Shown: piece after piece, positions 22,856 to 34,849 of the stretch
Layout of the letters: each line of letters starts with the position of its first letter
Numbering within the stretch: the first letter of the stretch is position 1
Assembly: GCF_000006765.1 (NCBI RefSeq)
Contig: NC_002516.2
Direction: 5' to 3' (one strand)
Source: Pseudomonas aeruginosa PAO1
Lineage (GTDB): Bacteria > Pseudomonadota > Gammaproteobacteria > Pseudomonadales > Pseudomonadaceae
DNA: 64,000 nucleotides
The notes under the pieces: model-generated
The model's input: the letters and a program-made list of their open reading frames with translations, nothing else
Told to the model about the DNA's origin: nothing
Databases searched by the model: none
Position numbers and translations under genes: made by a program

Positions 22856-23914
22856 TCAGGCCTGCGGTTCTTCCTCGCGGCCAGTGAACAGGTCCCAGCT
22901 GGCCATGAACAGCGCAGCGATCAGCGGGCCGATGACGAAGCCGTTGAGACCGAACAGGGCCATGCCGCCGAGGGTGGAGATCAGCACCACGTAGTCCGGC
23001 ATCTTGGTGTCCTTGCCGACCAGGATCGGGCGCAGGATGTTGTCCACCAGGCCGATCACCACCACGCAGAACAGGATCAGCACTACACCCTGCCAGATCG
23101 CCCCGGTGAGCAGGAAGTAGGCCGCCACCGGCGCCCAGATCAGCGCCGCACCGATGGCCGGCAGCAGCGACAGGAAGGCCATCAGGGTGCCCCAGAGCAA
23201 GGCGCCCTCGATGCCCAGCAGCCAGAAGATCAGACCGCCGAGAGCGCCCTGGGTGGCAGCCACGGCGATGTTGCCCTTCACCGTGGCGCGGATCACCGTG
23301 GTGAACTTGGCGAACAGGTGGTGCTTGTGTTCCTGGCTCAGCGGCACCGCCTGCTTGATCCGCCGGCCGAGCACGCGACCGTCGCGGAGGAGGAAGAACA
23401 GCAGGTAGAGCATGATGCCGAAGCTGATGACGAAGTCGAGGGTGTTCTGGCCGATGCTGAACGCCTTGGTCGCCACCACCTGGCTGGCCTGCATCGCCAC
23501 CGAGGAGAGCTTCTCCTGCAGGCTCGAGAGATTGGCCAGGTCGAAGCGCTCCAGCCACTGGTGCACCGATGGCGGCAAGGCAGCCACCGCCTGCTGCAGG
23601 TAGGCGGCGAAGTTCAGTTCGCCGGACTTGACCCGCTGGTAGACGCTCGCGCCTTCCTGCACCAGCGAACCGGCGATGAAGATCACCGGGATGATCACGA
23701 TCAGCACGCAGATCAGCAGGGTGATCAGCGCGGCGAGGTTCTTCCGATCCCTCAGGCGCACCTGCAGGCGGCGTTGCACCGGGGCGAAGATGATCGCCAG
23801 GATGGTGCCCCAGAACACCGCGCCGTAGAACGGCAGCAAGAGCCAGCCGAAGGCGAGCGTGACCACCGCCAGCAACAGGAGAAAAGTCCGGGATTCCAGT
23901 TTCGTGTCGAGCAT
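22856..23914 (-). CDS. AI-2E family transporter, about 352 aa (PA2651-like)
   Basis: Multiple TM segments; DNILRPILVG and GFVIGPLIAA motifs. Confidence 0.9.
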   Translation of the reverse strand: MLDTKLESRTFLLLLAVVTLAFGWLLLPFYGAVFWGTILAIIFAPVQRRLQVRLRDRKNLAALITLLICVLIVIIPVIFIAGSLVQEGASVYQRVKSGELNFAAYLQQAVAALPPSVHQWLERFDLANLSSLQEKLSSVAMQASQVVATKAFSIGQNTLDFVISFGIMLYLLFFLLRDGRVLGRRIKQAVPLSQEHKHHLFAKFTTVIRATVKGNIAVAATQGALGGLIFWLLGIEGALLWGTLMAFLSLLPAIGAALIWAPVAAYFLLTGAIWQGVVLILFCVVVIGLVDNILRPILVGKDTKMPDYVVLISTLGGMALFGLNGFVIGPLIAALFMASWDLFTGREEEPQA

Positions 23915-24073
23915 GTCCAATCCATCTGGCAGTGGGAAGCAAAGCATTAGTCAGCCGGCGGACGTGGATCGTTCACGACTGCTGGCCGACTCCGCCGAAT
24001 AATGACAGGAAGGCTCTGTGGCGCACCACTGCCGGCTGGCTCTTTTGCCGGCAGCGGTCGCGCGGGGGAAGGG

Positions 24074-25759
24074 TCAGATGCGGAACTGACCGACCAGTCG
24101 GCCCAGGCCCTGGCCCAGTTGCGCCAGGCTGCGGGCGGTCTGCGCGCCCTGCTGGGCCTCGTCGGCGACGCTGTCCACCGCGCCGGCGATCTGGTGCACG
24201 CTGCGGTTGATCTCCTCGGCCACCGCGGTCTGTTCCTCGGCGGCGCTGGCGATCTGCGCGTTCATCGCGTTGATGGTGGCGATCAGCTGGGCGATGGCAT
24301 CCAGCGAATCGCCGGCCTGGTTGGCCTGGTTGCTGGTGCCCTCGCCGGCCTCGCCGGAACGGCGCATGGCGTCGACCGCGGCGTTGGTGCCCTGCTGCAG
24401 GCGATCGATCATGCCCTGGATTTCCTGGGTACTCTGCTGGGTGCGGCTGGCCAGCGCCCGCACTTCGTCGGCGACCACCGCAAAGCCACGTCCGGCCTCG
24501 CCGGCACGGGCCGCCTCGATGGCCGCGTTGAGCGCCAGCAGGTTGGTCTGTTCGGCAATGGAGCGGATCACCCCGAGCACACTGACGATGGATTGCACGT
24601 CCTGCTGCAGGCTATCCAGAGAAGTCCCGCTGTCGCGGATCTCGTCCACCAGCGCGTGGATGCGCTCGATGCTGCCGTCCACCACGCGCTTGGCCGCCTG
24701 GCCTTCGTGGTCGGTCTGCTGCGCGGCCTCGGCGGCGCGCTGGGCGCTCTGCGCCACTTCATGGGCGGCGGCGGACATCTCGTTGATCGCGGTGGCGACC
24801 TGGTCGGTCTCGTGGCGCTGGCGCTCCATGGCCTGCTCGGAACGCTCGGCCTGGGCCGACATCTGCTCCACCAGTTGCTTGAGGTCGCCGGTCATCCCGG
24901 CGATCTGCCGCACCAGACCGTGGATCTTCTCGACGAAGCGGTTGAAGGAACCGGCCAGCTCGCCCAGCTCGTCGTAGCTGGTCACCGGTAGGCGACGGGT
25001 CAGGTCGCCTTCGCCGGCGGCGATGTCATCGAGGTTCTGGCGGATCTGGTGCAACGGCCGCAGCATCGCGTTGGCCACCGCCAGGCCGATCACCAGCAGG
25101 ACCACCAGAAGGACGCCGGCGATCCCCACGATACTGGCGATCAGGGTGCCGATACGCTCGTCGATGTCCTGCTTGATTTCCACCAACTGGGCCTCGACGC
25201 CGTCGAGGTTGATCGCCGAGCCGATAACCATGTCCCACTTCGGCAGGTACAGGGTGTAGGACAGCTTGGGCACCATGACGCTCTCGTTGCCCGGCAGCGG
25301 CGAGGTATAGGTCACGTAGTGGCTGCCGTTGCGGCCGGCCTCCACCAGTTCGCGGTTGAGGTAGACGCCGCTGGGATCGCGGCGGTCGCGGAAGCTCTTG
25401 CCGACGTCCACCGGGCTGTCGCCGCGAAACAGGCGCACCACCTGGGAGTCGTAGCCGAAGATATAGCCGTCCTTGCCGTACTTGATCTTCGACAGGCGCG
25501 CGATGGCCTCGGCGCGGGCATTCAGGTCGCCGTTGGCCGAGCGGTCGTACTCGGCCTGGATACTGCCCATGGCGATCTGCACGTAGTGCTCGAGTTCGGC
25601 ACGACGGTCGCCGAGCAGGCGCTCGCGGGTATCCTTGACTTCGGCATCAGCCTGTTTTTTCAGGATCAGCACCGCTCCGCCGCTGAGCACCAGGGCGAAG
25701 AGCAGCACCGGCACCATGGCCAGCAGGAGGACTTTGGATTTCAGGGTCAGACGCATCAT
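24074..25759 (-). CDS. ctpM: Methyl-accepting chemotaxis protein with an sCache sensor (malate receptor, PA2652)
   Basis: Two TM segments flank a Cache domain ([11 protein letters not shown]); HAMP domain; signalling hairpin [31 protein letters not shown]; 561 aa. Confidence 0.88.
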   Translation of the reverse strand: MMRLTLKSKVLLLAMVPVLLFALVLSGGAVLILKKQADAEVKDTRERLLGDRRAELEHYVQIAMGSIQAEYDRSANGDLNARAEAIARLSKIKYGKDGYIFGYDSQVVRLFRGDSPVDVGKSFRDRRDPSGVYLNRELVEAGRNGSHYVTYTSPLPGNESVMVPKLSYTLYLPKWDMVIGSAINLDGVEAQLVEIKQDIDERIGTLIASIVGIAGVLLVVLLVIGLAVANAMLRPLHQIRQNLDDIAAGEGDLTRRLPVTSYDELGELAGSFNRFVEKIHGLVRQIAGMTGDLKQLVEQMSAQAERSEQAMERQRHETDQVATAINEMSAAAHEVAQSAQRAAEAAQQTDHEGQAAKRVVDGSIERIHALVDEIRDSGTSLDSLQQDVQSIVSVLGVIRSIAEQTNLLALNAAIEAARAGEAGRGFAVVADEVRALASRTQQSTQEIQGMIDRLQQGTNAAVDAMRRSGEAGEGTSNQANQAGDSLDAIAQLIATINAMNAQIASAAEEQTAVAEEINRSVHQIAGAVDSVADEAQQGAQTARSLAQLGQGLGRLVGQFRI

Positions 25760-25801
25760 CAACTCCTAGCATGACGCCCAATAAAAAACGGGATTCCCGT
25801 T

Positions 25802-25828
25802 TCATCGGCAATCCCGTCGGAAGCTTAA
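25802..25828 (-). promoter_or_regulatory. Sigma28 (FliA) promoter of ctpM
   Basis: The minus strand reads TTAAG-N14-GCCGATGA. Confidence 0.75.
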
Positions 25829-25872
25829 GCGGCCGGCCCGACATTCCGTCAGGCGACCGCCCGAGATGGAAC

Positions 25873-27198
25873 TCAGAGCAACATCGCGGCGGCCCAGCCG
25901 AACACCAGCAACGGCAGGTTGTAGTGCAGGAAGGTCGGCACCACGGTGTCCCAGATGTGATTGTGCTGGCCGTCGACGTTGAGCCCGGAGGTCGGCCCAA
26001 GGGTCGAGTCCGACGCCGGAGAACCTGCATCCCCCAGCGCGCCGGCGGTGCCGACGATGCTGACGATGGCCAGCGGGCTGAAGCCCAGTTGCACCGCCAG
26101 CGGGACGAAGATCGCGGCGATGATCGGCACGGTGGAGAACGACGAGCCGATGCCCATGGTGACCAGCAGGCCGACCAGCAGCATCAGCATGGCGCCGACC
26201 GCCTTGCTGTTGCCGATCCAGGCCACCGAGGCGTCGACCAGGCTCTGCACCTCGCCGGTGGCCTTCATCACCTCGGCGAAACCGGCCGCGGCGATCATGA
26301 TGAAACCGATGGTGGCCATCATCTTCATGCCTTCGGTGAACAGGTCGTCGGTCTCCTTCCAGCGCACCACGCCGGACAGCGAGAAGACCACGAAACCGAC
26401 CAGCGCGCCGATGATCATCGAGTCCAGCCACAGCTGTGCGACGAACGCGGCGACGATGGATACCCCGGCCACCGCCAGGCTCTTCGGGTTGTAGCTGACA
26501 TCGACGCGTTCGGCCTGCTCGATCCGCTGCAAGTCGTAGACGCGCTTGCGGCGGTAGCTGAACAGCACCGCGATGAGCAACCCGGCGAGCATGCCCAGGG
26601 CTGGGATGAACATGGCGTGGGTGACGTTGATCCCGCTGACGTCGACGCCGTTGCGCGCCACGTTGGCCAGCAGGATTTCATTGAGGAAGATGTTGCCGAA
26701 GCCCACCGGCAGGAACATGTACGGGGTGATCAGGCCGAAGGTGATGACGCAGGCGATCAATCGCCGGTCGATCTGCAGCTTGCTCAGCACATAGAGCAGC
26801 GGCGGCACCAGCAGCGGGATGAAGGCGATATGGATCGGCAGGATATTCTGCGAGGATACCGCCACGCAGAGCAGCAGGCCGACCAGGATCCACTTGAACG
26901 CACCGGCGCCCTTGCCCTGCTCGTCGTGCCGGCCGAGCAGCGCCAGGACCTTGTCGGCCAGCGCATGGGCCACGCCGGAGCGGGCGATGGCCACGGCGAA
27001 GGCGCCGAGCATGGCGTACGACAGGGCCACCGTGGCACCCCCGCCGAGGCCGCCGTTGAAGGCCTTGAGAGTCCCCTCCAGGCCTAGGCCACCGAACAGT
27101 CCGCCGACCACCGCGCCGATGATCAGCGCCAGCACGACATGCACACGGCAAAGGCTGAGGACGAGCATCAGCCCCACCGCCAGCACCACTGCGTTCAT
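25873..27198 (-). CDS. NhaC-superfamily, YuiF-like amino-acid permease, 441 aa (PA2653-like)
   Basis: [22 protein letters not shown] start; [40 protein letters not shown]. Confidence 0.82.
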   Translation of the reverse strand: MNAVVLAVGLMLVLSLCRVHVVLALIIGAVVGGLFGGLGLEGTLKAFNGGLGGGATVALSYAMLGAFAVAIARSGVAHALADKVLALLGRHDEQGKGAGAFKWILVGLLLCVAVSSQNILPIHIAFIPLLVPPLLYVLSKLQIDRRLIACVITFGLITPYMFLPVGFGNIFLNEILLANVARNGVDVSGINVTHAMFIPALGMLAGLLIAVLFSYRRKRVYDLQRIEQAERVDVSYNPKSLAVAGVSIVAAFVAQLWLDSMIIGALVGFVVFSLSGVVRWKETDDLFTEGMKMMATIGFIMIAAAGFAEVMKATGEVQSLVDASVAWIGNSKAVGAMLMLLVGLLVTMGIGSSFSTVPIIAAIFVPLAVQLGFSPLAIVSIVGTAGALGDAGSPASDSTLGPTSGLNVDGQHNHIWDTVVPTFLHYNLPLLVFGWAAAMLL

Positions 27199-27388
27199 CG
27201 TTGAACTCCTTGCAAATGAAACGAACTCGACCGTCTGCGGCCGAAAAAAGGGGCGTACTCTGCTACAGCCATCCCCGCCTGTCAAAGCCGCGCATGCGCG
27301 AATGTCGCCTGGCTATAAACCGTTGTGCACGGTTCTTGCGTGCGATTCGCCGAACGACGGCAATCCGGCGCCAGCGACCGGACCGTCG

Positions 27389-27415
27389 TCAAGAATGGGC
27401 GAGCCCTGCCGATAA
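27389..27415 (+). promoter_or_regulatory. Sigma28 (FliA) promoter of tlpQ
   Basis: TCAAG-N14-GCCGATAA, an exact match to the Pseudomonas FliA consensus. Confidence 0.85.
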
Positions 27416-27456
27416 GCCTTGGGCCCCCGCAGTTTCTTCGTACAAGGACCCCTCCC

Positions 27457-29601
27457 ATGTTCCTTCGCCGCCTGTCCATCCAATGGAAGATCACCCTGCT
27501 GGCAGGGCTCTGCCTGCTCGGCGTGGTCGCCTTGCTGGTCGGCCTTTCGGTCTACCGCATGCAGCACAGCAGCGTGCTGGTGAAAAGCGCCAGTACACAG
27601 ATGCTCGACGAATCGGCGCGCCTGCGCCTGGAAGCCCGCGGGGAATTGCAGGCGTTACGCATCCAGCGCTATTTCATGGATGCCTTCCAGTACGGCAAGG
27701 GCTTCTCCCGGCAGATCCTGTTCCTCCGCGACCAGGCGCAGAAGCGCTTCCTCGATGCCTACGACCTGCGCGAAGACCTGACCCGCCAGGTGCGCACCGC
27801 GCTCGCCGCCAATCCCGAGGTGCTCGGCCTGTACGTGGTCTTCGAACCCAATGCGCTGGACGGCAAGGACGAACTGTTCGTCGACCAGCCCGCCCTGGGC
27901 AGCAACGACAAGGGACGCTTCTCCCTGTACTGGGCGCAGGCCACGCCGGGACAGCTGGAATCCGAGTCGATGATCGAGTCCGAACTCGCCGACACCAGCA
28001 GCGGGCCCAGCGGCGCGGCCTACAACGCCTGGTACACCTGCCCGAAGGAAAGCGGGCAACCCTGCGTGCTCGATCCTTACTTCGACAAGGTCGGCGAACG
28101 CCAACTGCTGATGACCAGCATCGCCTTTCCCCTCGAACTGGATGGCAAGGTGATCGGCGTGATGGGCCTGGACATCAACCTGAGCAACCTGCAGGCGCTC
28201 AGCGAACAGGGCAACCGCGAACTCTACGACGGCGTCGGCCAGGTCGGCATCCTCAGCCCGGCCGGGCTGTTCGCCGGCAACAGCCGCGACGCCGGCCTGC
28301 TCGGCAAGAACCTGGCCAAGGCGGATCCGCAGCACGCCGGCGAACTCCTGCAACTGCTGGCCGCCGGCAAGAGCCGGTTGTTCAACGAGAACGACGACCT
28401 CAAGGTGCTGCAACCGTTGCAGCCGATTCCCGGCGCCAAGCCCTGGGGCGTGCTCCTCGAAGTGCCGAAGAGCGCCCTGCTCGGCCCGGCCCTGGCGCTG
28501 GAGCGGCAACTGGACGACATGCGTCGCGAAGGCACCTGGGTCGAACTGGGCCTCGGCCTCGGCGCCGCGGTGCTCGGCCTGCTGGTGCTGTGGCTGAGCG
28601 CCCGCGGCGTGACCCGGCCGATCCTCGGCGTCGCCCACATGCTGCGCGACATCGCCAGCGGCGAAGGCGACCTGACCCAGCGTCTGCCGCACACCGGGCG
28701 CGACGAGCTGGGCGAACTGGCCGGTTGGTTCAACCGTTTTCTCGACAAGCTGCAGCCGATCATCCGCGACGTGAAGGTCTCGGTGCGCGATGCGCGCAGT
28801 ACCGCCGACCAGTCGGCGGCGATTTCCAGCCAGACCAGCGCCGGCATGCAGCAGCAGTTCCGCGAGATCGACCAGGTCGCCACCGCATCCCACGAGATGA
28901 CCGCCACTGCCCAGGACGTCGCCCGTAGCGCCGCCCAGGCCGCCGACGCCGCGCGCGGTGCCGACCAGGCGACCCGCGACGGCCTGGCGCTGATCGACCG
29001 CACCACACAGAGCATCGACAGCCTGGCCGCCAACCTGACCAGCGCCATGGGCCAGGTCGAGCAACTGGCCAGCAGCAGCGAGGAAATCGGTTCGGTGCTG
29101 GAAGTGATCCGCGCCATCGCCGAGCAGACCAACCTGCTGGCGCTCAACGCGGCCATCGAGGCGGCCCGCGCCGGCGACGCCGGCCGCGGCTTCGCGGTGG
29201 TCGCCGACGAAGTGCGCAACCTCGCCCGGCGCACCCAGGACTCGGTGGAACAGATCCGCGGGGTGATCGAAGGCCTGCAACAGGGCACCCGCGACGTGGT
29301 CGACGCCATGCATGGCAGCCATCGCCAGGCCCAGGGCAGCGTCGAGCAGGTGGATGAAGCGGTGGCCGCGCTGCAACGGATCGGCGAGGCGGTGACGGTG
29401 ATCAACGACATGAACCTGCAGATTGCCAGCGCCGCCGAGGAACAGAGCTCGGTAGCCGAGGAGATCAACCGCAATGTCGCGGCGATCCGTGACGTCACCG
29501 AGTCGCTGTCGAGCCAGGCCGAGGAATCGGCCCAGGTCAGTCAGTCGCTGAACCGCCTGGCCAACCACCAGCAGGGCCTGATGGAACAGTTCAAGGCCTG
29601 A
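27457..29601 (+). CDS. tlpQ: Methyl-accepting chemotaxis protein with a dCache sensor (histamine/polyamine receptor, PA2654)
   Basis: 714 aa; dCache motifs AWYTCPK and VLDPYFD; HAMP and MCP signalling domains. Confidence 0.9.
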   Translation: MFLRRLSIQWKITLLAGLCLLGVVALLVGLSVYRMQHSSVLVKSASTQMLDESARLRLEARGELQALRIQRYFMDAFQYGKGFSRQILFLRDQAQKRFLDAYDLREDLTRQVRTALAANPEVLGLYVVFEPNALDGKDELFVDQPALGSNDKGRFSLYWAQATPGQLESESMIESELADTSSGPSGAAYNAWYTCPKESGQPCVLDPYFDKVGERQLLMTSIAFPLELDGKVIGVMGLDINLSNLQALSEQGNRELYDGVGQVGILSPAGLFAGNSRDAGLLGKNLAKADPQHAGELLQLLAAGKSRLFNENDDLKVLQPLQPIPGAKPWGVLLEVPKSALLGPALALERQLDDMRREGTWVELGLGLGAAVLGLLVLWLSARGVTRPILGVAHMLRDIASGEGDLTQRLPHTGRDELGELAGWFNRFLDKLQPIIRDVKVSVRDARSTADQSAAISSQTSAGMQQQFREIDQVATASHEMTATAQDVARSAAQAADAARGADQATRDGLALIDRTTQSIDSLAANLTSAMGQVEQLASSSEEIGSVLEVIRAIAEQTNLLALNAAIEAARAGDAGRGFAVVADEVRNLARRTQDSVEQIRGVIEGLQQGTRDVVDAMHGSHRQAQGSVEQVDEAVAALQRIGEAVTVINDMNLQIASAAEEQSSVAEEINRNVAAIRDVTESLSSQAEESAQVSQSLNRLANHQQGLMEQFKA

Positions 29602-29605
29602 CCGT

Positions 29606-29914
29606 TCACGGCCTGAATAGCGCCGGGGGGCCGTAGGTCCCCCAGATCGCCAGGCGGGCCAGCGAGCGCAGCCAGCCACGCAGACGCGCCGGGGCTCCCG
29701 CCTCGGCCACCTTCGCTGCCGCTGTCCCGGCCTGTCGCGGCTCGCCGCGCTCGCTGCGCAACGCGTTTTCCACGGCCTGCTCGTAGCGAGCCTGCGCGGG
29801 TAACCGCGGCGACCGCCCCTCCTCTCGCTGTCCACTGGACTCGCCCAACAGGAACACCAGCACCGGCAGCATCAGCGCCCAGCGCCAGCGGCCCGTACTC
29901 GTCCGCCGTTTCAT
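29606..29914 (-). CDS. Small hypothetical protein with an N-terminal hydrophobic segment (PA2655-like)
   Basis: 102-aa ORF preceded by GGAGG, downstream of carS. Confidence 0.55.
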   Translation of the reverse strand: MKRRTSTGRWRWALMLPVLVFLLGESSGQREEGRSPRLPAQARYEQAVENALRSERGEPRQAGTAAAKVAEAGAPARLRGWLRSLARLAIWGTYGPPALFRP

Positions 29915-30004
29915 CGTCCAAGACCTCCTTGCAAGAAGCCCGGGATGCTAGGGAAAGCGCAGGAGGAAATCTTGCCGGGACTGTCGGCAAATGGTGAAGA
30001 ACTG

Positions 30005-31342
30005 TTAAGCCCTGGCGGCGCGGCCGCTCTTCTGCAACGGCAACTCGACGCTCACCCGCAGGCCGCCCAGCGGGCTGTCCTCGAGACTCAGGCGGCCACC
30101 GCAGGCCTCGGCGATGTCGCGCGCGATGCCCAGGCCCAGGCCATGGCCGCTGACCTGCTCGTCGAGCCGGGTACCCCGCTCGAGCACCGCCTGGCGCTGG
30201 TCGGGGAGGATGCCGGGGCCGTCATCGTCGACCTTCAGGCGGACCATGCCCTCGCCCTGCGCGACAGTCAGGCGGACTTCGCTATCGGCCCACTTGCAGG
30301 CGTTGTCCAGCAGATTGCCGAGCATCTCCAGCAGGTCCTCGCGGTCCCATGGCAGGCGCAGCCCCGGTGGCGCGCTCCAGCTCACCTGCAGGTGCGGGCC
30401 GTGGATCAGGCGCAGGGTGTCGCACAGCGACGGCAACTCCTCGGCGCAATCGAAATGTGCGCCAGGCAGCGCTTCGCCGACCAGGCGGGCCTTGCCCAAC
30501 TCGCGACCGAGGCGCTGCTGGATCTGTTCCAGCTGTTCGCGCAGGACCTGTTGCAACTCCGGCTGGCGCGCCATCTCCTCGCGCTCGGCGAGGCTGACCA
30601 GCACCGCCAGCGGCGTCTTCAGGGCGTGACCGAGGTTGCCCAGGGCGTTGCGCGAACGCTTCAGGGTCTCCTCGGTGTGCGCCAGCAGGTGGTTGATCTG
30701 CTCCACCAGCGGCTCCAGTTCCTCGGGAGCCTGGTTGTCCAGTTGGCTACGCTGGCCCTGTTGCAGCTGGGCGATCTGCAGGCGCACCTCCTCCAGCGGA
30801 CGCAGCGAACGACGCACGGTCAGGCGCTGCAATAGCAATACCAGGAGCAGCGCCAGGGCGCCGGCGCCCAGACCCATCCACTGCACACGGGCGAAGCTTT
30901 CCAGGATCGGCGTATAGTCCTGCGCCACCACGATCCGCAGCTTCTGGCCCATGCGCTTGTAGTGGCCGCGGAACACCAGCAGTCGCTGCTCCTCGGGCCC
31001 ATCGACCAGGCCCTGCACCAGCCCTTTCTTGTGCGGCACTTCCAGCTCGCTGTCCCACAGGGAGCGTGAGCGCCAGGTGTCCTTTTCCAGCTCGATGACG
31101 AAATAGCGCCCGGAATACGGGCGCTGGAACGCCGGGTTGAGGCGTTGCTCGTCCAGTTGCATGCCGTTCGGCCCGCGCACCATGGCCACCAGCAGGTTCT
31201 CCGCCTCCTCGCGCAGATTGCCGGCGAAATAGCGCCGCAGGCCCTGGTCGAACAGCCACAGGCCGGTCTGCGCGAGGACCAGCCCGACCACCAGCAGCAC
31301 CGCGAACAGGCCGACGCTCAGGCGCCGCTGGATCGACCTCAT
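30005..31342 (-). CDS. carS: Sensor histidine kinase CarS/BqsS, 445 aa
   Basis: H-box GHALKTPL, N-box [21 protein letters not shown]; the start overlaps the carR stop. Confidence 0.92.
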
Positions 31343-32010
31343 CCGGCGGCCACCCCGGCGTAGCGGTAGCCCTGGCCACGGCGGGTCTCGATCACCTCGC
31401 GGCCGAGCTTGCGCCGCAGGTGGTTGACGTGGACCTCGATGACGTTGGAATCGCGTTCGGTCTCGCCGTCGTACAGATGCTCGGCCAGGTGCCCCTTGGA
31501 CAGGACCTGGCCGGGGTGCAGCATGAAATAGCGCAGCAGGCGGAATTCGGCGGCGGTCAGGTCGACGTCGGCGCCGTTCAGGCACACGCACTGGCGCTGC
31601 TCGTCCAGGCGCAGCCCGGCGGCCTCCAGCTGGCTCTGGTTGGCCAGCCCATGGGCGCGGCGCAACAGGGCCTGGATGCGCAAGGCCAGCTCTTCCGGAT
31701 GGAACGGCTTGGTCAGGTAGTCGTCGGCACCGGCCTTGAGCCCATCGATGCGTTCGGCCCAGGAACCGCGCGCGGTGAGGATCAGCACCGGAGTCGCGAG
31801 TCCCAGCCCACGCCACTCCTGGAGTATCTCCAGGCCGGGACGCCCGGGCAGGCCGAGGTCGAGGATGATCAGGTCGTAGGGTTCGCTGGCGCCCTGCACC
31901 GCCGCGTCGCGGCCGTCGGCCAGCCAGTCCACCGCGTAGCCCTGGCGGGTCAGGCTGGCCATCAGTTCGTCGGCCAGGGGAACGTGATCCTCAACCAGCA
32001 GCAACCGCAT
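31339..32010 (-). CDS. carR: OmpR-family response regulator CarR/BqsR
   Basis: [32 protein letters not shown]. Confidence 0.93.
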
Positions 32011-32324
32011 CAGTCGTCTTCCTCGTCCTTCAGGATGCGGCCGTTGCGGGCATCCAGTTCCAGTTCACGCACGACGCCGTCGCGGGTGAGCAGCTCCACC
32101 TCGTAGACATACACGTCGTCTTCCTCTTCCAGCTCGACCTCCAGCAGGCGCGCCCCGGGGTAACGCCCCAGGGCTTCCTGCATGAGGGATTCGAGCGGCT
32201 GTATCACACCGTCCTGGCGCAGGCGCAGGACCTCGTCCTGGTCCAGGTCGCGCGCCATCGCTTCGAGGCTGATGACCGCCAGGACCAGTGCGACGATCCC
32301 GGCGTAGCGCATGAGCCACTTCAT
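32010..32324 (-). CDS. PepSY-domain periplasmic protein (PA2658-like)
   Basis: Signal peptide; acidic [16 protein letters not shown]; ELELDARNG. Confidence 0.88.
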
Positions 32325-32632
32325 CAGTCGTCCTGGTGGTCCTTGAGCACGGCGCCGGTAGCGGCATCCAGCTCCAGGTCCCATTTCACGCCCTGCGGGT
32401 CGCGCAACTCGACCTGGTAGATGTAGCGGCCGTATTCCTCTTCCAGCTCGGTATCGTGGACGCTCGAGCCGGGATGCTTGGCGATGGCGTTCTTGTTCAG
32501 CTCTTCGAAGGACTTGATGGTCCCGGCGTCACGCAGCTTCAGCGCCTCGTCCGGGCCGAGGTCGCGGGCCTGGGCCAGGCCGGCAGTCAGGGCGATGGCG
32601 GTGGCGGCGAACAGGGCAGTCAGTTTCTTCAT
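32324..32632 (-). CDS. PepSY-domain periplasmic protein (PA2659-like)
   Basis: Signal peptide ending AQA; ELEEEYGRYIYQVEL; ELDAATG. Confidence 0.9.
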   Translation of the reverse strand: MKKLTALFAATAIALTAGLAQARDLGPDEALKLRDAGTIKSFEELNKNAIAKHPGSSVHDTELEEEYGRYIYQVELRDPQGVKWDLELDAATGAVLKDHQDD

Positions 32633-32678
32633 GGGAATCTCTCCGTGGGAATCAATCGTGTTGCTTTCGACGGTTTGC

Positions 32679-32710
32679 AGATTAACCGGGCGCTCTTAAT
32701 TGAAGCTGAA
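32679..32710 (-). promoter_or_regulatory. CarR/BqsR-type direct repeat and -10 element of the PepSY-carRS operon
   Basis: The minus strand reads TTCAG-N6-TTAAG (32710-32695), followed by TAATCT (32684-32679). Confidence 0.65.
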
Positions 32711-32846
32711 TTTGCCGCAAGGACATGGCCGGGGCGCGCCATAGGGTAACGGAAAGCCTCTGCGATGGGGCTCGCCGGCGTTCGAAAGCGCTTGGTCCTG
32801 CGACAACTCGTCCTATAATCGCCGGTCCGCAAGGGAGAAGACCAGC

Positions 32847-33929
32847 ATGCCAGCCATCCAGATCAAGTCCCCCGCACTGACCCTCAAGGCCGGTCGCCGC
32901 GCCCTCGCCCGCATCCGCGAGCGCGGCCTGCAGCCGGCCGACGTCGGCATCGTCCCCGGTGCCGCCGGCGGGCCAAAGGCGCTGGGCATCCAGGGACTGG
33001 ACCTGGCGATCTTCGGCGAGTGGCTGCCGCGCGCCCCGCGTGAACGCTCGCTGATCGGCGCCTCCATCGGTTCCTGGCGCTTCGCCAGTGCCTGCCTGCC
33101 CGACGCCGTGGCCGGCCTCACCCGCCTCGGCGAGCTGTACACCCGGCAGCGTTTTCCCAAGGGCGTGAGCATCGCCGAAGTCTCGCGCAAGTGCGCGGCG
33201 ATGCTCGACGACCTGCTCGCCGGCCAGGACGCGCGGATCCTCGACAACCCGCTGTACCGCCTCAACGTGGTGGTGGTGAAGAGCCACGGGCGCCTCGCCC
33301 ACGACCACAAGGCCAGCCTCGGCCTGGGGCTGTCCTCGGTGATCCGCGACAACCTGATCGGCCGCCGCCATCTGCACCGCCACTTCGAACGGGTGATCCT
33401 GCATGACGCCCGCCAGGCGCCGCCGCTGGCCGCGCTGACCGACTTCCCGTCGCGCTACCTGCACCTGGACGGCGGCAACCTGCGCCAGGCGCTGCTCGCC
33501 TCCGGCTCGATCCCGATGGTCATGGAAGGCGTCCGCGACCTGCCTGGCGCCGGCCCCGGCACCTACCGCGACGGCGGCCTGCTCGACTACCATCTCGACC
33601 TGCCCTACGAGGACCGCGGCGTGGTGCTCTACCCGCACTTCACCGACAAGGTGATCCCCGGCTGGTTCGACAAGGGCTTGCCCTGGCGCCGTGGCGACGC
33701 CGGGCGCCTGCAGGACGTGTTGCTTCTGGCGCCGTCGCGCGAGTACCTGGCGCGCCTGCCGCACGCCAAGCTGCCGGACCGCAAGGACTTCACCCGCTAC
33801 CTCGGCGACGACGACGGCCGCGAGCGCTACTGGCGCCAGGCGATGGCGGAAAGCCGCAGGCTCGGCGACGAATTCCTCGAACTGGTCGACGGCGGCCGGC
33901 TCGGCGAACGCCTGCAAGCGCTGGACTGA
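32847..33929 (+). CDS. Patatin-like phospholipase, 360 aa (PA2660-like)
   Basis: Oxyanion loop GAAGGPK, nucleophile motif GASIG, DGG motif (YRDGG). Confidence 0.85.
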   Translation: MPAIQIKSPALTLKAGRRALARIRERGLQPADVGIVPGAAGGPKALGIQGLDLAIFGEWLPRAPRERSLIGASIGSWRFASACLPDAVAGLTRLGELYTRQRFPKGVSIAEVSRKCAAMLDDLLAGQDARILDNPLYRLNVVVVKSHGRLAHDHKASLGLGLSSVIRDNLIGRRHLHRHFERVILHDARQAPPLAALTDFPSRYLHLDGGNLRQALLASGSIPMVMEGVRDLPGAGPGTYRDGGLLDYHLDLPYEDRGVVLYPHFTDKVIPGWFDKGLPWRRGDAGRLQDVLLLAPSREYLARLPHAKLPDRKDFTRYLGDDDGRERYWRQAMAESRRLGDEFLELVDGGRLGERLQALD

Positions 33930-33955
33930 GCCGCCACCGACGAGAAGGATCCTGC

Positions 33956-34849
33956 ATGAAACTGGCCGTAGCGCTGATCCACGGCATCGGCGACCAGCCC
34001 GATAGCCGCGACGAGGACGGTCTGCACAGCTACGCCCGCGAACTGGTGGCGGCGCTGCGCCGACGTCTCGGCGCGGAAGCCGGCGAGGTGGCCTTCCAGA
34101 GCCTGTACTGGGCCAGCGTACTGGACGCCCGCGAGCTGGCCTACCTCAAGCGCATCGAGCGCGAGCCGCTGGGCTGGCGCTGGCTGCGCCGGGCGGTGAC
34201 GCTATTCCTCGGCGACGCCAGCGGCTACCGCAAGGTCAGCGCCGCCTACGACACCACCTACCAGCAGGTCCACCAGCACGTGCGCAGCGGGATCATGGCC
34301 CTGCGCGCGAAGGTCGGGCCGCAGACGCCGCTGGTGATCCTCGCCCACTCCCTGGGCGGGCACATCGTATCCAACTTCATCTGGGACCAGCAGAAGCTCA
34401 ACCGCACGCCGAGTTGCTCGATCGACCCCTTCCTCGGCCTGGAAACCCTGGCCGGGCTGGTCACCTTCGGTTGCAACATCCCGCTGTTCACCTTCGCCTA
34501 CGAGAAGGTCTGCCCGATCCGCTTTCCCGGCCACTGCCTGCCCCCGGCCATCCGCCAGCAGGCACGCTGGCTGAACGTCTACGCGCCGGCCGATCCGCTC
34601 GGCTATCCGCTGCGGCCGTTGCAGAACTACGCCGCGGTCGTCCACGAGGACCTCGCCCTGCCGGTCGGACCCTGGTACAAGCGGCACACCCCGTTGAGCC
34701 ACATGGAGTACTGGAACGATGCGCGTTTTCACGATTACCTGGCGGACTACCTGCGCCGCCTGTTGGCTGCTGGCCTCGAGCCTGCCGGCGCTGGCCGCGC
34801 CCTCCCCGCAGGCGAGCCAGGAGATCGGCCGCTTGCTGAGCTTTGTTGA
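33956..34849 (+). CDS. Alpha/beta hydrolase, DDHD/PLA1-like, 297 aa (PA2661-like)
   Basis: HGIG oxyanion motif, AHSLG nucleophile elbow, ADPLGY (Asp), SHMEYW (His). Confidence 0.75.
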   Translation: MKLAVALIHGIGDQPDSRDEDGLHSYARELVAALRRRLGAEAGEVAFQSLYWASVLDARELAYLKRIEREPLGWRWLRRAVTLFLGDASGYRKVSAAYDTTYQQVHQHVRSGIMALRAKVGPQTPLVILAHSLGGHIVSNFIWDQQKLNRTPSCSIDPFLGLETLAGLVTFGCNIPLFTFAYEKVCPIRFPGHCLPPAIRQQARWLNVYAPADPLGYPLRPLQNYAAVVHEDLALPVGPWYKRHTPLSHMEYWNDARFHDYLADYLRRLLAAGLEPAGAGRALPAGEPGDRPLAELC

